Positions 20,167 through 30,759 of a stretch of DNA of 48,720 nt are shown piece by piece. Under the pieces are notes generated by a model that made no database searches, was not told the DNA's origin, and worked only from the letters and a program-made list of their open reading frames with translations. The stretch lies in IMG/VR virus record IMGVR_UViG_2541047815_000004, one strand, 5' to 3'. This DNA comes from a virus (Duplodnaviria > Heunggongvirae > Uroviricota > Caudoviricetes). A program made the position numbers and the translations under genes. The stretch's first letter is position 1, and each line of letters opens with the position of its first letter.

Positions 20167-22125
20167 TTACGCCGTACATTTCACCAGACCGCGGTGATCA
20201 ACTGGCGCAACACCAGCGTCAATACGCACTTTCGTTGTCACGCCATCCACACTGAAGCCCTCCATCTGATCAATATATGGCGTATCCACACCGTTGAGAT
20301 AAGCCACTTCAATCGTATCGGAGCCTTTGGACGCAGCCAGGTAGAAGGTGGTCTGGCTGTTATCATCAAGACGAGGCTCTGCAATAACGGTCGCAAAATC
20401 TTTCACCGGGTTAATAATACCGGCGTTAATGTCAGCCCCCTTGACACTTGAGGAGCGAATGACCTGGTTAGCAACAGACTCCATCGCCGTCGGTACCAGT
20501 ACGAACGCAGGACGAATATTCAGATGACGCTCACCCTCTTTCTGAACGCGCATCAACTGGCGGGCTTTATCCAGCGATGCCACGTCCATTGCCGCGCTCT
20601 CCAGTACGTTTGCATGTTTCGCTTTATCGAACAGACTTACATTATCTGTGGAGATTTTCGGGTTAGACGTCAGAATGGCATAAACCAGATCGGCAATAGT
20701 GGATTTCGCCGCACGGCCCAGCTTCATCGGGACATCGGTCAGCATATTCAGATCATCATTGATAATGGCCTGACGGGTGATACTGAACAGCTCGCCATAG
20801 GTCGCCAGTGCAATAGTGGCCTGTTTATCTCCGGTGGTGACGTATTTATATTCTGCCCCTTCACGCACCTGACGCAGAGCACTGAAGCCCCCCATACCCA
20901 CACGATGGGCAATTTTAAAATCAGACAACTGACCTTTCCGCGTCCACTGTTCATAGGTTTCAGGGGCATCTTCCCAGCCCTGCAGAATGGCTTTGTTCGC
21001 AACATCCAGCAGAATATTACCGAAGTCAGACGTACTGTGTGTGAACGCCGCACCGACCATCTGCATCGGGTTATAACTGGAAACACCAATACCACGTTCA
21101 GTCAGTGACATACGGGCATATTCACGCAGGGTCATCCCGTTGTAGACATTATCACGTTCAGTTTTTTCAAACCCGGCGCGCGCCATCAGCGCCTGGCGGA
21201 TCCCGTCCCCCACAAAATTACCGTTACCGGCATAAATATGAGCCGGGGTATTTTTATTGGATGGCGTGGACTCGCGCCCCATCTCGTTCAACAGCTTTTC
21301 GCGGGCCTGCTCCAGCGAACATTCAGGATCGGCAAGACACTGAGCCTGCAACGACTGATAACGCCCGCCAAACATGGCAAACAGATCATTAATACCGTTT
21401 ACACGCGCTTTTTGCTCTGCCAGGACCTGCGCACGGATGCTGTTTTCATCCACCACGGGTGCTGCTGCCTGCACTGGCGTCCGGGAGGCTGCAGGTCCAT
21501 CATCCTGTACGCGTGGAGCACTGTTGCGTGGCGGAGTAATCATATTTCGAATGGATTCCGGCATCTTTTTAAATTCCTCTGTACGTTTTGACTGAATACA
21601 TGCCATTGCCTTAACGGCTGGTGTCACCTGATCAGCAAATCCCTGTGCCAGACATTCGGCACCGGACATCCAGGTCTCATCCGCCAGCATGGCAGCAATT
21701 TCATCGGTGGTTTTCCCGGTTTTCTGTGCATAAGCGGGTAACAGAACCGCCTCAACTTTATCGAGCAGGTCGGCATAGGTGCGCATGTCCTCCGCATCAC
21801 CGCCCGTAAAGCCAAATGGTTTATGAATCATCATGAAGGAGTTTTCCGGCATAATGACCGGGTTTCCCACCATCGCAATGACCGACGCCATTGACGCCGC
21901 CACACCGTCGACATAAACGGTAATGGACGCACCATGTGTTTTCAGTGCATTAAAAATGGCGATGCCTTCAAAGACATCGCCACCCGGTGAATTAATATGG
22001 AGATTAATGTGGGTGATATCGCCCAGTGCATTCAGATCACTGATAAACTGCTTCGCCGTAACACCCCAGAAACCAATCTCGTCATAAATATAAATATCCG
22101 CGTCACTCTGGTGACCTGCCTGCAT
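20167..22125 (-). CDS. Fused prohead protease (ClpP-like) - scaffold-like linker - HK97-fold major capsid protein, about 652 aa from Met88
   Basis: N-terminal ClpP/S49-like motifs (INSPGGDVFEG, MIHKP), a coiled-coil Ala/Gln-rich middle and a C-terminal capsid-like domain; start chosen so that it overlaps the portal stop by 15 nt. Confidence 0.7.
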   Translation of the reverse strand: MQAGHQSDADIYIYDEIGFWGVTAKQFISDLNALGDITHINLHINSPGGDVFEGIAIFNALKTHGASITVYVDGVAASMASVIAMVGNPVIMPENSFMMIHKPFGFTGGDAEDMRTYADLLDKVEAVLLPAYAQKTGKTTDEIAAMLADETWMSGAECLAQGFADQVTPAVKAMACIQSKRTEEFKKMPESIRNMITPPRNSAPRVQDDGPAASRTPVQAAAPVVDENSIRAQVLAEQKARVNGINDLFAMFGGRYQSLQAQCLADPECSLEQAREKLLNEMGRESTPSNKNTPAHIYAGNGNFVGDGIRQALMARAGFEKTERDNVYNGMTLREYARMSLTERGIGVSSYNPMQMVGAAFTHSTSDFGNILLDVANKAILQGWEDAPETYEQWTRKGQLSDFKIAHRVGMGGFSALRQVREGAEYKYVTTGDKQATIALATYGELFSITRQAIINDDLNMLTDVPMKLGRAAKSTIADLVYAILTSNPKISTDNVSLFDKAKHANVLESAAMDVASLDKARQLMRVQKEGERHLNIRPAFVLVPTAMESVANQVIRSSSVKGADINAGIINPVKDFATVIAEPRLDDNSQTTFYLAASKGSDTIEVAYLNGVDTPYIDQMEGFSVDGVTTKVRIDAGVAPVDHRGLVKCTA

Positions 22126-22138
22126 CCTGAACCAGGAA

Positions 22139-23647
22139 TTATTCTTCGGACTGGTCGTCGGTGTGCTGCGGCTCCTGTCGTTTCGTTGCGGCACTGCTGC
22201 CTCCTTTATCACTGGCCGGATCGGTATCAAATACCAGATCCAGCTTGCGGTTTTCATCAATTTCGGCCTTGCGCCGACGTTTGACATCATCTGGATTACG
22301 ACCACCTGCACGTACCCAGTCTGATTCTGTCGCCGCTCCACCACGAATCTGAATTTTCCAGGCCTCAGCCTCCTTAACAGGGTCAATCCACGGCATCACC
22401 GGTCCGGAATACACCGCGGTATACAGTGAAGATCGGTCCAGATCGCGGGGTAGCCTGATAACACCGGATGCCACAGCCTGTTTCAGCCAGGCACGGTACA
22501 TCGGGCGGGTGACGGCACCAATAAACCAGTCCTGCAGGATCAGGTAGCCATCAGTAGATTCAACCAGCTCCTGACGCTGGGCGCTGTAAGTGCCGTTATA
22601 GTTGCGCGCTGTACTGGAAAAACTCAGACGACTGCCCGCAGCCACGGCACGCAACTGACCATTACGAAAAGTTTCAAGGTTAGGATTGGGGCGATCCGAC
22701 TTCACCATTCCGATTTCTTCGCCGGGTTTCAGATCGTCGTAAATAATGCCTGGCTGAATGGTAAGCTCGCGTTCATTCTCCTTGCTGTCATTACCATCCG
22801 TTTCATAGCTCTGTCCGTCGCCTTTCCGGATGTACATCCCCAGAGCAGCGGCGATCCTTGCTGCAGTCAGCTCAGAATCTTCATACTCTTTCAGAGCACT
22901 GAGGCGGATCAGCACACCGGACAACAAAGACGTCCCGCGCATCTGGTGCAGACGGCGAACAAATTTAAGATGCAGCATTCGCTCTGCATCCACTTCTTTG
23001 GTTTCCATCTGCCGCCCGGATACGGGACGGCTTTTATACACCAGATATTTTTCGGGACGCCCCCAGTCATCAACAAACACGCCCTGATTCAGCCTGTTGC
23101 TCTCATCACTGGTCATGGGAATAAAGTCCGGCTCGAGCGCCTCCAGCCAGAAATGAACACCGGCAGAAGGCGTCAGGCTGTTTATGCGCCCGGAAACCAT
23201 CTGGGCAAACACCTCACCATCGCGCAGCCAGGTACGCAGCATCAGACGTTCCAGCATCGGACGGGTAAACTGCCCGGTGACCTCCGGACTGACAGACCAT
23301 TCACTCCATCGGGTACGTATCTCCGCTGCCAGATCACGGGCAATGGCCCCATTGCGTAATACCGGATGTGGCTCGACAATAATCCCGTTTTTCCCCACCA
23401 CCCGTTCTTCCAGCTTGTCAAATACACCAATGACCAGATCGTGGTTGTTATCAAGGTAACGGGCCTGCTCACGTAACGACACGGCCCCGTACTGGCTTAA
23501 CTGGTCGGCAGTTCGGCTCTCCCGTCGGGCTTTGTGTGTCCGCGTCGTTTTTACGGCCTCATAAGCCTGGATCACCGCACGGGAACGCAGCCTTGCCGCT
23601 TTCCATCCTGGTGAAAAAACGCCAATCACATCATCAAGAATTGCCAT
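22139..23647 (-). CDS. Portal protein (lambda gpB-like), about 502 aa from Met25
   Basis: Size and position between W/terminase and the protease-capsid gene; acidic C-terminus; ATG overlaps the W stop by 1 nt. Confidence 0.8.
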   Translation of the reverse strand: MAILDDVIGVFSPGWKAARLRSRAVIQAYEAVKTTRTHKARRESRTADQLSQYGAVSLREQARYLDNNHDLVIGVFDKLEERVVGKNGIIVEPHPVLRNGAIARDLAAEIRTRWSEWSVSPEVTGQFTRPMLERLMLRTWLRDGEVFAQMVSGRINSLTPSAGVHFWLEALEPDFIPMTSDESNRLNQGVFVDDWGRPEKYLVYKSRPVSGRQMETKEVDAERMLHLKFVRRLHQMRGTSLLSGVLIRLSALKEYEDSELTAARIAAALGMYIRKGDGQSYETDGNDSKENERELTIQPGIIYDDLKPGEEIGMVKSDRPNPNLETFRNGQLRAVAAGSRLSFSSTARNYNGTYSAQRQELVESTDGYLILQDWFIGAVTRPMYRAWLKQAVASGVIRLPRDLDRSSLYTAVYSGPVMPWIDPVKEAEAWKIQIRGGAATESDWVRAGGRNPDDVKRRRKAEIDENRKLDLVFDTDPASDKGGSSAATKRQEPQHTDDQSEE

Positions 23648-23865
23648 CAGAACCTCGCCAGCCGGTACCCGGGATGCCCCCGTCGTCGTGTAATCAGAGC
23701 CGCAAGGCGGCGCTCCCACTCCTGCCGCCCCTGCCGGATCTCAGATAAGTTTTCCATGGTCATCTGCTGACCATTAAAAGTGACGGATTTTCCGTCCAGC
23801 ACCGCCATTTCAGCTTCCGTATAACGCTGAATCATGGCTTCAATATCATTCTGATTCATAACCAT
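23647..23865 (-). CDS. Head-tail joining protein W-like, 72 aa
   Basis: Small ORF between large terminase and portal; C-terminal RRRGHPGY resembles the lambda gpW C-terminus (RRRGPAGF). Confidence 0.55.
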   Translation of the reverse strand: MVMNQNDIEAMIQRYTEAEMAVLDGKSVTFNGQQMTMENLSEIRQGRQEWERRLAALITRRRGHPGYRLARF

Positions 23866-25955
23866 CCTCCGGAAGTCAGCCAGGGGTTAACATCGTCAGT
23901 TACTGTTTTCTTCCGTTTTTGTTTTTTAACAGGCGTGGGTACCGGTTCCGGTGAGGGTGACGGTTCGGTACTGTCCGGGACACACTCCAGCCAGGTTTCC
24001 CGGCTCGCCCACTCCGGTGCATCCGGCCAGCGGATCTTTTCGTATCCATGCAGAATGACCAGAGCCTCGGCATACACCATCAGGTCAAAAGCTTCGTTGG
24101 CACCGCGACCCGGCTTACTCCATTTCCCTTCACTGCTCCGCTCTTCATACGTCAGTTCGTCGTAAAACCAGCTCCCCAGCCAGTCAGGGAAATGCACATA
24201 GCCTGGACCTGGCGAGTCACGCCATAACGCGTTATTCACCCGGTCTTTCAGGGCATCCGTCTGAAGAAGCCAGAGCGGCACATCACCTGCGGCCTGCGCC
24301 CGGCGGCCCGTTCGTCCGGTGTTATCAGGGAATGTACGGCTGATCAGTTTTGCGCGCCGGATGCTGTCGCCCTTAAACAGGTAAATACGTTTACCAAGGC
24401 CATCACGACGGCAACGACGCCAGAATTTATAGGCATTATCAGTGACCCCGTCTTCACCGCCGGAGTCCACCGCCATTGCCATCAGTCGCATTTGTTGAGA
24501 AGGATCGGAGGCCAGCGGCCAGCTTTTATGAAAAACATCCGTCAGCAGGACATCCCAGTCTTCCGGATAGCTGGCCGGATCAATTCGCTGGCTCTCCCCG
24601 TCGCAGTCACTGCGCAATGACTGCGTGATGTTGTAACGATCAATAATCCAGCGTTCGCCACGGCTGCCATAGCCCGTTACCTGAACCACAAAACGGCGAT
24701 GACGTCCCGCCTGCACATCCACTGTCGCCACAAGGAAATTAACGCCATCCGGAACACTGCGGGAAGGAACTGGCTCTGCCCGCTGCTCAAGCAGTTCACT
24801 TTTTCGTTGCTCCATGCTGGCACGAGGAAGATAAGGCAATCCCCAGTCGGTGTTGATAACCGCCCTGAGTGTTTCTTCGCTTCCTGTCGCTTCATACTCC
24901 TGTTCTGCAGTCAGTAATTTGTAAACCAGTTGCGCCCAGGTCTGATACGCAGCAGCTGGCCCTTCCATCCAGAAACTGGCGATACGGGAGCGGCGCGGTT
25001 CACCGGAAACGTTGCCGTTACGATCAATGACCTGACCTTCACGCAACCAGACTCCTGCACTATTGAGCTCACGCTTTTTCTCCGCAGTGATAATGCCGCT
25101 GCAGTGCGGGCAAAGTAGATACGCCGCCTCACTGGCTTTAAAGGGATCCGGTTCATTACGGTAGCCGGTCATGGCATCCATAGCTGGCTGAAAATATTCA
25201 CCGCAGTGCGGACATGGCCAGTACCAGCGGCGGCGGTCACCACGATTGTAAAGGGAAAGAATACCAGTCGTCGGTGGCGCTTCATGAGGCGACTTACGTC
25301 GCCATTTGCTGTCGCAGATGTCACGTCCCGGCGAGCTCTCCACCAGAGTCATCCCGGCGGACATAAATGTGGTGGTACGTTTTGAGGCCAGGGAGAAACC
25401 ATCACCCTCGCTGTCGATATTCTCCGGAAAACGGTCGTAATCGGTTAAGGCGACAAACCGGTAATCCGACGACGACATAATGTTGACCGAGGGCCAACCA
25501 ATTTTAAGGAACGAGCCATCCCTGAACGTCTTATCATGGACATTATTGTCGTTACGACGTGGACTCATTCTTTTCTTTACCGCCGCACTGCTTCTGAACG
25601 TTCTGTCGAGGCGCTTTTTAGAATGCTCGCGGGCCTTATCTTCGGTCATCTGCACAACGAGCATGTCCGAAGGATCGCAAACGATGGTATAGACAATCCA
25701 TCCATCGATCAGACCAATGGTCTTCCCTGTTCGCGCAGGACCAACAAAAATCACCGCATCGTATTCACGCGATGCCAGGCAGTTCATGGGCTCAATGATG
25801 TAGGGTGTCAGTTCAGGATCCCATGGCACCGAGTTACCAGCCCCCTTGGGAACACGCATGAATTTTTTAACAGCCTCCGAAATCGGCATGCGACGTGGTG
25901 GGGAAAATCCTGCCGATATGTCCCTTCCCAAATTTCGGGCTGATGAAAAACCCAT
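23856..25955 (-). CDS. Terminase large subunit (lambda gpA family), 699 aa
   Basis: Walker A (VGPARTGKT), Cys cluster CPHCGEY...CPHC, C-terminal nuclease-like domain; size near lambda gpA. Confidence 0.9.
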   Translation of the reverse strand: MGFSSARNLGRDISAGFSPPRRMPISEAVKKFMRVPKGAGNSVPWDPELTPYIIEPMNCLASREYDAVIFVGPARTGKTIGLIDGWIVYTIVCDPSDMLVVQMTEDKAREHSKKRLDRTFRSSAAVKKRMSPRRNDNNVHDKTFRDGSFLKIGWPSVNIMSSSDYRFVALTDYDRFPENIDSEGDGFSLASKRTTTFMSAGMTLVESSPGRDICDSKWRRKSPHEAPPTTGILSLYNRGDRRRWYWPCPHCGEYFQPAMDAMTGYRNEPDPFKASEAAYLLCPHCSGIITAEKKRELNSAGVWLREGQVIDRNGNVSGEPRRSRIASFWMEGPAAAYQTWAQLVYKLLTAEQEYEATGSEETLRAVINTDWGLPYLPRASMEQRKSELLEQRAEPVPSRSVPDGVNFLVATVDVQAGRHRRFVVQVTGYGSRGERWIIDRYNITQSLRSDCDGESQRIDPASYPEDWDVLLTDVFHKSWPLASDPSQQMRLMAMAVDSGGEDGVTDNAYKFWRRCRRDGLGKRIYLFKGDSIRRAKLISRTFPDNTGRTGRRAQAAGDVPLWLLQTDALKDRVNNALWRDSPGPGYVHFPDWLGSWFYDELTYEERSSEGKWSKPGRGANEAFDLMVYAEALVILHGYEKIRWPDAPEWASRETWLECVPDSTEPSPSPEPVPTPVKKQKRKKTVTDDVNPWLTSGGWL

Positions 25956-25963
25956 TATTCCTC

Positions 25964-26491
25964 CTAGAGACTCTCTCCTTCCTCATCAGGAATTAATTCA
26001 GCAGCACAAGCCTCGTAGGATTTTTCCTGAAGAGTGTATCGCAGGTCATCAATGGCCTGCTGTACAACGCCGACGGCCTGAGGAGTCAGGGCGCAATCGC
26101 GTTCAAGAACATCCGGAATTGTCTCCAGAACCTGGACGACAGCCTTTCTCATGGACGAATAGACGATGACTACTTCATCAACTGGGATGAGTTTTCGCTG
26201 CTCCTTTTCCAGCTTGATCCTTTCATTTTCAGACTGGTACCAGTCCTTTCTCTCTTTCGGCTCCATACGGGATGGATCATGAACAGAGTCTGCTGCCTCA
26301 TGCTTCACACTAAACAGGGCGGGCCCGACATGCTGCAGGGCGTAAACGGGGTTCCCCCTGACAGTCGCAGCCACAGGAGTGTTGGCCGCGAGGAGCCGTT
26401 TTTTTACTGTGTCCCGGTGAAGCCCAAAGGCCTCGGCGATTTTAAAAACACTCCAGTAATAAGCATCACCGATCCCGCTCACATTTGACAT
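25964..26491 (-). CDS. Terminase small subunit (Nu1-like), about 175 aa from Met5
   Basis: N-terminal HTH-like segment (SVFKIAEAFGLHRDTVKKRL); immediately upstream of the large terminase; GGAG Shine-Dalgarno before the second ATG. Confidence 0.7.
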   Translation of the reverse strand: MSNVSGIGDAYYWSVFKIAEAFGLHRDTVKKRLLAANTPVAATVRGNPVYALQHVGPALFSVKHEAADSVHDPSRMEPKERKDWYQSENERIKLEKEQRKLIPVDEVVIVYSSMRKAVVQVLETIPDVLERDCALTPQAVGVVQQAIDDLRYTLQEKSYEACAAELIPDEEGESL

Positions 26492-26669
26492 AAGCAACTC
26501 CATCTGGCAGGTGAAAATCAGGTTTATTTATATATTTCAATTAATTGCAAACTGGTCTAATGACAGGGAGAAAAAAATATTGTACAGGTGAAAAGAGAAA
26601 TAACTTTTAATTATCAATAAATTACCAAACATGCTGCCGCCGCCATGGAAATGCAAAAACTAGTCTTTT

Positions 26670-26690
26670 TCCGCGACGCTCCCGCCCCGT
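26670..26690. other. Candidate cos site (cosN-like cohesive-end region)
   Basis: On the minus strand the sequence reads ACG-GGGCGGGAGCGT-CGCGGA, resembling lambda cos ACG-GGGCGGCGACCT-CGCGGG; it lies about 196 nt upstream of the Nu1-like start (lambda: 190 nt); lambda cos is quoted from memory. Confidence 0.5.
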
Positions 26691-26867
26691 GGCAGGGGCC
26701 CCCACCGGGAGGACCCGACAGCCTGACAGCCGTGACGAGCATCTGATACAGCGCTTTACATAATGGCATAGGAATAATTCAGAAGGACATCACAGCATGC
26801 CTACACAAATTAGTGTGAGTGTCCTGTTTCTTCCTACGCACAGGACTGACGAGCATGAGGGGAAAAT

Positions 26868-27035
26868 ATGCGAACCATAAATGCCTCATCTTCAGCAATG
26901 CAACCGGCATCCGAACAGGACGATATTGTAAATTCACCTAATTACGAGGACATTGCAGTAGTTGAATTGCAGCTCTGTATTAGCCTGACAGTGACAGAAT
27001 GCGATATTGACTCTGTCACAGGTGAAATAGTTTGA
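26868..27035 (+). CDS. Candidate 55-aa acidic small protein (MRTINASSSAMQPASEQDDIVNSPNYEDIAVVELQLCISLTVTECDIDSVTGEIV)
   Basis: ATG with GAGGGG Shine-Dalgarno 5 nt upstream; below the 60-aa cutoff of the ORF track; no homologue recognised. Confidence 0.25.
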   Translation: MRTINASSSAMQPASEQDDIVNSPNYEDIAVVELQLCISLTVTECDIDSVTGEIV

Positions 27036-27055
27036 ATGATTAGCAGTTATGGTGC

Positions 27056-27262
27056 TCAGTCAACCACCAGGGAATAATCCTTCGAATTCTTATCGTGCTT
27101 CACCAACGCTGCCTCAATTGCCCTGAATGCTTCCAGAGACACCTGATGTTCTATACATGCAATTACAACATCCGGGTAACTCATAGAAATGGTGCTATTA
27201 AGCATATTTTTTACACGAATCAGATCCAACGAGAGTTCATCAGCAGATTGTTCTTTATTCAT
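27056..27262 (-). CDS. ynfO: Small prophage protein YnfO-like, 68 aa
   Basis: Recognised from memory as a Qin small protein; position between terminase and ydfO. Confidence 0.5.
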   Translation of the reverse strand: MNKEQSADELSLDLIRVKNMLNSTISMSYPDVVIACIEHQVSLEAFRAIEAALVKHDKNSKDYSLVVD

Positions 27263-27562
27263 TTTGTCGCTCCATGCGTTTGCTCGTCATCTAGCGGTTA
27301 AAATATTACTTCAAATCTTACTGCATAAAAGAGGAAAAGTATGAAAGTTTGAGTACATCGACCTTACATACATCTGTCGGTTGCATATCCCTCCTGGATG
27401 CCAGCAAGGCTCAATTTTGTTACGCAATCAACACTATTCATTAAAAACAGGCTTAATATTTAACATAAATCATCAACAAAACACAAAGAGGTCAGACCAG
27501 ATTGAAACAATAAACACGATAATGCTAACTACGCGCCATCGTATCACATGGAAGGTTTACCA

Positions 27563-27973
27563 ATGGCTCAGGCTGCCATTTTTAAAGAAATATTCGATCA
27601 AGTGCGTAAAGATTTAAACTGTGAATTATTTTATTCTGAGCTAAAACGTCACAATGTCTCACTTTATATTTACTATTTAGCCACAGATAATATTCACATT
27701 GTGTTAGAAAACGACAACATAGTGTTAGTAAAAGGACTCAAAAAGGTTGTAAATGTTAAATTCTCCAGAAACAAACATCTTATAGAGACCTCCTATAATA
27801 AGTTGAAATCAAAAGAAATCACATTTCAACAATACAGGGAAAATCTTGCTAAAGCAGGAGTTTTCCGATGGGTTACAAATATCCAGGAACACCAAAGATA
27901 TTACTATGCCTTTGATAACTCATTACTATTTACTGAAAGCATCCAGAAAACTACACAGATCTTACCACGCTAA
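27563..27973 (+). CDS. ydfO: YdfO (DUF1398) prophage protein, 136 aa from Met6
   Basis: Sequence [33 protein letters not shown]... recognised as YdfO. Confidence 0.7.
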   Translation: MAQAAIFKEIFDQVRKDLNCELFYSELKRHNVSLYIYYLATDNIHIVLENDNIVLVKGLKKVVNVKFSRNKHLIETSYNKLKSKEITFQQYRENLAKAGVFRWVTNIQEHQRYYYAFDNSLLFTESIQKTTQILPR

Positions 27974-28124
27974 ACCATAACGTCCGGCTTCTCTCACTCC
28001 TGAGCCGGACTGCATTGGTTTAATAAAAACCATCAACAATTGTGATTTAGATATTCGGAACCATTCAAATATAACAAAACCCCGTAAAAACGAGGTTTAT
28101 GGATAAATTTTATTATTGAATACA

Positions 28125-28298
28125 TCAGATTAAATTAATCTTGACATCATAGCTTTCAAGACCCGTCATTTTTTCCCGTGCGGTAAACTGAATACTGGTA
28201 ACTTCTTTCCCGGTCTTTTTCTTAAGTTCAATAATTTTTTTTGTTATATATTCAGAAATATCTGCTTCTGCTTTTGTTTTTAAGTTTTCAATATTCAT
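28125..28298 (-). CDS. gnsB: GnsB-like small protein, 57 aa (alternative ATG at 28301)
   Basis: Hand-translated: MNIENLKTKAEADISEYITKKIIELKKKTGKEVTSIQFTAREKMTGLESYDVKINLI; AAGAGGA Shine-Dalgarno; not in the ORF track because it is under 60 aa. Confidence 0.6.
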   Translation of the reverse strand: MNIENLKTKAEADISEYITKKIIELKKKTGKEVTSIQFTAREKMTGLESYDVKINLI

Positions 28299-28469
28299 CA
28301 TTTCCTCTTTTAGTCTGTTATGACTTTCCAGTTACACAGTAAGTCGATTATATGGTGCAAACGTGTAAAAGATAAGATGAAACATCGCAATAATCAACAT
28401 ACGATAGTCTAAATTTTACACAAACAGACAAAGAGAATTTTCCTGAATTATCAATACAATAGCATCAAA

Positions 28470-28700
28470 TCAACTCAAGAGCCTTATTGCTGCTTCCAGA
28501 ATTTCTTCTGAAGTAACATGTCGATCCGCGGCTACATAAATGACTTTATGATCTCCGGTCAGAGATGGAAACCCTGCGGCCATTACAGTAAGGTGTGTTT
28601 TTTCGCCATTTGGATATTCACGCATGATGGTGTTAACTCCAGTCATCGCTGGCACTACCGCTGCTGGTTCAGAGTTAAAAAAAACTATGATTTTTTTCAT
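28470..28700 (-). CDS. Hypothetical small protein, about 76 aa from Met15 (possibly YnfN by synteny)
   Basis: Track ORF 28470..28742 begins at a TTG; first ATG is at 28700; lies between gnsB and cspI. Confidence 0.35.
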   Translation of the reverse strand: MKKIIVFFNSEPAAVVPAMTGVNTIMREYPNGEKTHLTVMAAGFPSLTGDHKVIYVAADRHVTSEEILEAAIRLLS

Positions 28701-28740
28701 GATGTTACCGTAGTATGTGAGTATCCATCGAATAGATACC

Positions 28741-28764
28741 AAGCAAAAAAGCTCCCGAAGGAGC
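28741..28764 (-). terminator. Intrinsic terminator with UUCG tetraloop downstream of cspI
   Basis: Minus-strand RNA GCUCC-UUCG-GGAGC followed by UUUUUUGCUU; about 200 nt after the cspI stop. Confidence 0.5.
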
Positions 28765-28971
28765 CTTCATTTTCACTTTTTTAAATCCAACGACAGACGG
28801 CTGGCATTTAAGTATTGTGAAATATTATCAAATGTAATCATCATTGATTTACAAAAGATACATTTTGCCCCGAAAGGATTCATGTCAGAAACATCAAAAG
28901 ATGATGTTCTATACTGGGAACCATGACAACACGGGCATCTAAAGTGAATATGGTTTGTAATATTGTCTACC

Positions 28972-29184
28972 TCAAAGCGCCACTACATGAACAGCGGCAG
29001 GACCTTTAGGTCCGTTCTCAATACCAAATTCAACTTCCTGATTCTCAGTTAATGTTTTGAAATCGTTGCTCTGAATTGCTGAGAAATGGACAAACACATC
29101 TTTGCTGCCATCTTTCGGCGTGATGAAACCAAAACCTTTTTCAGGGTTAAACCATTTCACTAAACCAGTCATTTTGTTAGACAT
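28972..29184 (-). CDS. cspI: Cold shock protein CspA family, 70 aa
   Basis: Cold-shock-domain motifs KWFN..KGFGFI and VHFSAI; recognised as CspI. Confidence 0.9.
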   Translation of the reverse strand: MSNKMTGLVKWFNPEKGFGFITPKDGSKDVFVHFSAIQSNDFKTLTENQEVEFGIENGPKGPAAVHVVAL

Positions 29185-29546
29185 AATTATTACCTTTTGA
29201 AGAAATTAGCCCTTGGGCAGAATGGTCCGAAAAAAAATATCAGAGAGAAAAACCAACAAGGAAATCTCAAGAGGTACAAATAATAAAATTATAACAATGA
29301 CTGCTTCAGATAAATTTGTAACAAACCAGAACACCATTAACGCATGATTAACCACCCATAGCAAGGATTACTTTTGTAAAGAAAAACACAGCAATGAAAG
29401 AATAGCTTTATTTATTAATAAAACGTGTCATTCTGATTAAGACCTTTTATCTTGCCCTTAAGATTTCAGGAATTTTGGCTCATGGAAGAGTCCTTTTTAT
29501 TTAAATTTTACATTCCGCGATGTAAATGTTCCGATTTAATATTACC

Positions 29547-30080
<534 letters not shown>

Positions 30081-30459
30081 TCACGACGAATAACCTGACC
30101 GTAACAGTTATTTGAACGAATGCGGCAATCGCGTCCGCCATCCTTAATCCACCAGCGAATCGCTTCGCATGCACCTTTACGATCACCAGCATTCAGCCGC
30201 TTATAAAACGTCGACGGGAAACACTTACCGGGGCCAATGTTATAGGGACAAAATGACGCGATACCCGCTTTTTGTGGTTCGGTCAGTGGTACTTTAATAT
30301 TGCGCTCCACCCATGCCAGCGCCTTATCACGCTCAATGGCGTTGACCTGGTCGCATTTTTCCTTCGACAGTTTCATATTGGGAAAAACGGTTTTTGATCT
30401 TACCCAGCAATAGTGGACACGCGGCTAAGTGAGTAAACTCTCAGTCAGAGGTGACTCAC

Positions 30460-30759
30460 ATGACAAAAACAGTATCAACCAGTAAAAAACCCCGTAAACA
30501 GCATTCGCCTGAATTTCGCAGTGAAGCCCTGAAGCTTGCTGAACGCATCGGTGTTACTGCCGCAGCCCGTGAACTCAGCCTGTATGAATCACAGCTCTAC
30601 AACTGGCGCAGTAAACAGCAAAATCAGCAGACGTCTTCTGAACGTGAACTGGAGATGTCTACCGAGATTGCACGTCTCAAACGCCAGCTGGCAGAACGGG
30701 ATGAAGAGCTGGCTATCCTCCAAAAGGCCGCGACATACTTCGCGAAGCGCCTGAAATGA
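30460..30759 (+). CDS. insE: IS3 transposase OrfA (InsE), 99 aa
   Basis: HTH-containing OrfA recognised as IS3 InsE; track ORF starts at an upstream GTG. Confidence 0.85.

Noticed and set aside
20524-21108. 194-aa plus-strand ORF and other antisense ORFs inside the protease-capsid and portal genes (for example 22946-23359)
   Set aside because: Embedded antisense to long, well-supported structural genes; no start-site context.
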